Source: the human T2T-CHM13v2.0 reference genome, Homo sapiens
Assembly (NCBI RefSeq): GCF_009914755.1
Contig: NC_060926.1
Length of the DNA: 64,000 nt
Direction: 5' to 3' (one strand)
In this document: one piece after another, positions 61,266 through 64,000 of the stretch
Numbering within the stretch: position 1 is the stretch's first letter
Layout of the letters: each line of letters begins with the position of its first letter
The notes under the pieces: model-generated
Seen by the model: the letters and a program-made list of their open reading frames with translations, nothing else
The model's database searches: none
What the model was told of the DNA's origin: nothing
Made by a program: the position numbers and the translations under genes

Positions 61266-62736
61266 CTTCAAAGCAGCAATCCACAAAATTATATCTGGGA
61301 TCCTTAAAGGTTAGGAGAAAATGTAAGGAATCTAATTATCTGACATGGTATCATCAAGTTAAATTTTCAATCTTATTTCACTATATAAAATTTTGCAGAA
61401 AGGGTCAAATAATGTTACAAAATTAAACTGAATTTAGTTTTCAGATGCTGAAAATCATATCATATCTCATTTAATTACTTAAGGGAAATAATTTTCTAAT
61501 TCTCCTAATACTGGGAAGAACCACAGCTAACCAATATCTCTAATAAATATATCTCTAATAGAAACTGATAATTTCCATTTCTTAATCTTTTATCACTCTA
61601 ATCATATATAAATCAGGTCATTCTACCCTGGCAAGTGAAAAATGGATCTACCAATTTCCCAATTCATAAATGTGATTCTTAAGAAGATTTGGTTTTTACA
61701 ATTTGTAACAATATTATTTCTAAGATTTTATTCATTACTATATAATTGATAGGTCAATCTCAACAGAAACTTGGTATCAGAGTTCATTAAGTGATCTACC
61801 CAGGAAAAACATAAAATGTTACTGAAAAGAAAAACCTCATCTGACCAGATGACTTAATTACTCAAATAGGTGCTAGTTTGAGAACACTCAGGAGCAGTAA
61901 TAGCCAGTTTTCATAAAGAAGGTTAATAAGTAATATAATCTGGAATATACTTGCTTTTACTTCCTAATCTTTCAAACTAAACACATTGGAATAACCCAGA
62001 AAATATCCTAGGAGGAATTCTGTTTTGAGAGAGTAATACTTATTCTTAATTACATTTTATATCTCTTAAGTACATTTAAAACAACTGGGCCTGCAGCACT
62101 GTTGTCCAACAGATACCATTATGTCACTATTGGCAGAAACAGCAGCTTTAGTAACTTTAATGAGTATTTTAGGCAATAATACGCAAGGCACTGGGTTTAT
62201 GGTGACTATATTCTCCATAGTAAAAATGTGGTCACATGATATTTAGGTGACTCATCATCAGGAAAATCTGTGATGTATGAACATCGTAACACACACTAAG
62301 AGGAAGTTATAATCAAAGAGAACAGGGAGAGAACATTAGTCATAAGCCTCCACGAACCATTGTGATAGGCAGGTATTATATCATTCCCATTTTATAAATG
62401 AGGAAAGCTAATCAGAAAGGGTGGCAAGCTCCGTTCTTGGAGAAGGGCTTAGAGGACAGCACTCCAGGTCTGCTGTTTCAAACAACACCTCCGATTTCAG
62501 GCATCTTACAGATAGGGCTTCCACATTAGATATCATTTAAACCAAGAGTTCAAATTTTTAAAAATGATTTTAAGAAAGGTTTAAATCCTGGACTTCTGAG
62601 AACAGAGTGTAACTGCCCATAAAAAAAATGCCATACTGGGAAAAATAAAACAACACGAAAATAACATTGTAAGATAAATATAAAATAGTTCAAATTAAAG
62701 GAATAATTTAAATTACAATGGAGCCAAAGAGAACTA

Positions 62737-63040
62737 CAGTCATGTGCTCATAATGATGTTCAGATCAATGACAGACTGCTTATACGGTGGTCCCATAAGT
62801 ATTTTTACTGTACCTTTTCTAGGTTTAGATACCATTGTATTACAATTGTCTATAGTGTTCAGTACAGTAACATGCTGTACAGGTTGTAGCCTAGGAGTAA
62901 CAGGCTATACTCTACAGCCTAGGTGTGGAGTAGACTATACCACCTGGGTTTGTGTAAGTACAATTTATTATGCTGGCCCAACAAGTGCTTAATGAAGCAT
63001 TTCTCAGGAAGTATCTTCATCATTAAATGACACATGACTG
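62737..63040 (+). mobile_element. Tigger3a/MER7A-type MITE
   Basis: TA-cagtcatgtg...cacatgactg-TA (TIRs plus TA TSD); cagtacagtaacatgctgtacagg. Confidence 0.85.
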
Positions 63041-63318
63041 TACAGACTCTGCATCCAAAGCTAGCGTGTTTTAAACTGAGTTTTTTTCCTACTGTTCAAA
63101 CAGGCTATTTTAAAAATCCCTTTAAAAATTTTCATTTATAGTTTTGTTTTGATCTAGACTACTACTGCCGACTTAAGGAAAATATCGCTAGAGAACATGA
63201 CAGCAATGACAGAGAAACATAAAATTAACAGAAATTTTGAAAGTATCTATTGAACGTTAACTACTTAAGTTACTTTTGCCAATTTTGTCCTATTTTCAAT
63301 TTGTCCCTATGTGGATTA

Positions 63319-63667
<349 letters not shown>

Positions 63668-64000
63668 TTAGGTCCTACAACATTTCTTAAAGAATTCACA
63701 CTCTAAAACCACTCTCCATTCTCTAAATGCTGATGTTGATGAACCTTATTCTCCAATTCCCCAATACAGCTTAATTTCCACTAACCATACACATCAAATG
63801 AGGTGCCCCCAGACATTTTCTTATAGGCTGGGCACCATCTTGGGTCAGCCCTCTAAACTTAAAACCACATGAACATGCTCAGATACAGGACAGCAGAGTG
63901 CTATTAGAGCCATTTCCATGGGTCTAGAGTGCTCAATGTTCCAAAGACACAAGAGAAGCTTTGATTTCATTGAACATTCACCATGCCAGACACTGGAGGA

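Overview
Human-type (primate, Alu-rich) genomic DNA holding the whole coding region of RAPH1 (lamellipodin, MRL family: RA + PH domains and a proline-rich Ena/VASP-binding tail) on the minus strand. I traced 13 coding exons by hand from splice sites. They join into a 3753-nt ORF of 1250 aa (ATG 59255, stop 3348). Two in-frame cassette exons (81 and 75 nt) lie in intron 4. Positions 1-3347 are 3'UTR, and the non-coding first exon and promoter are inferred to lie beyond the window. Introns carry about 40 Alus plus L1/L2/MIR, LTR and DNA-transposon relics. Most notable: (1) intron 13 appears to be a 'tail switch', with read-through to a stop plus two candidate stop-containing exons amid RBFOX/QKI motifs, each removing the whole proline-rich tail; (2) exons 2-4 would back-splice into a stop-less circular ORF; (3) a GC-AG intron; (4) an Alu with a ~74-bp target-site duplication; (5) a perfect 30-bp palindrome at the edge of a candidate retrocopied 3'UTR. 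I found no prokaryotic or CRISPR-like system. Repeat boundaries are approximate and subfamily calls were made by eye.
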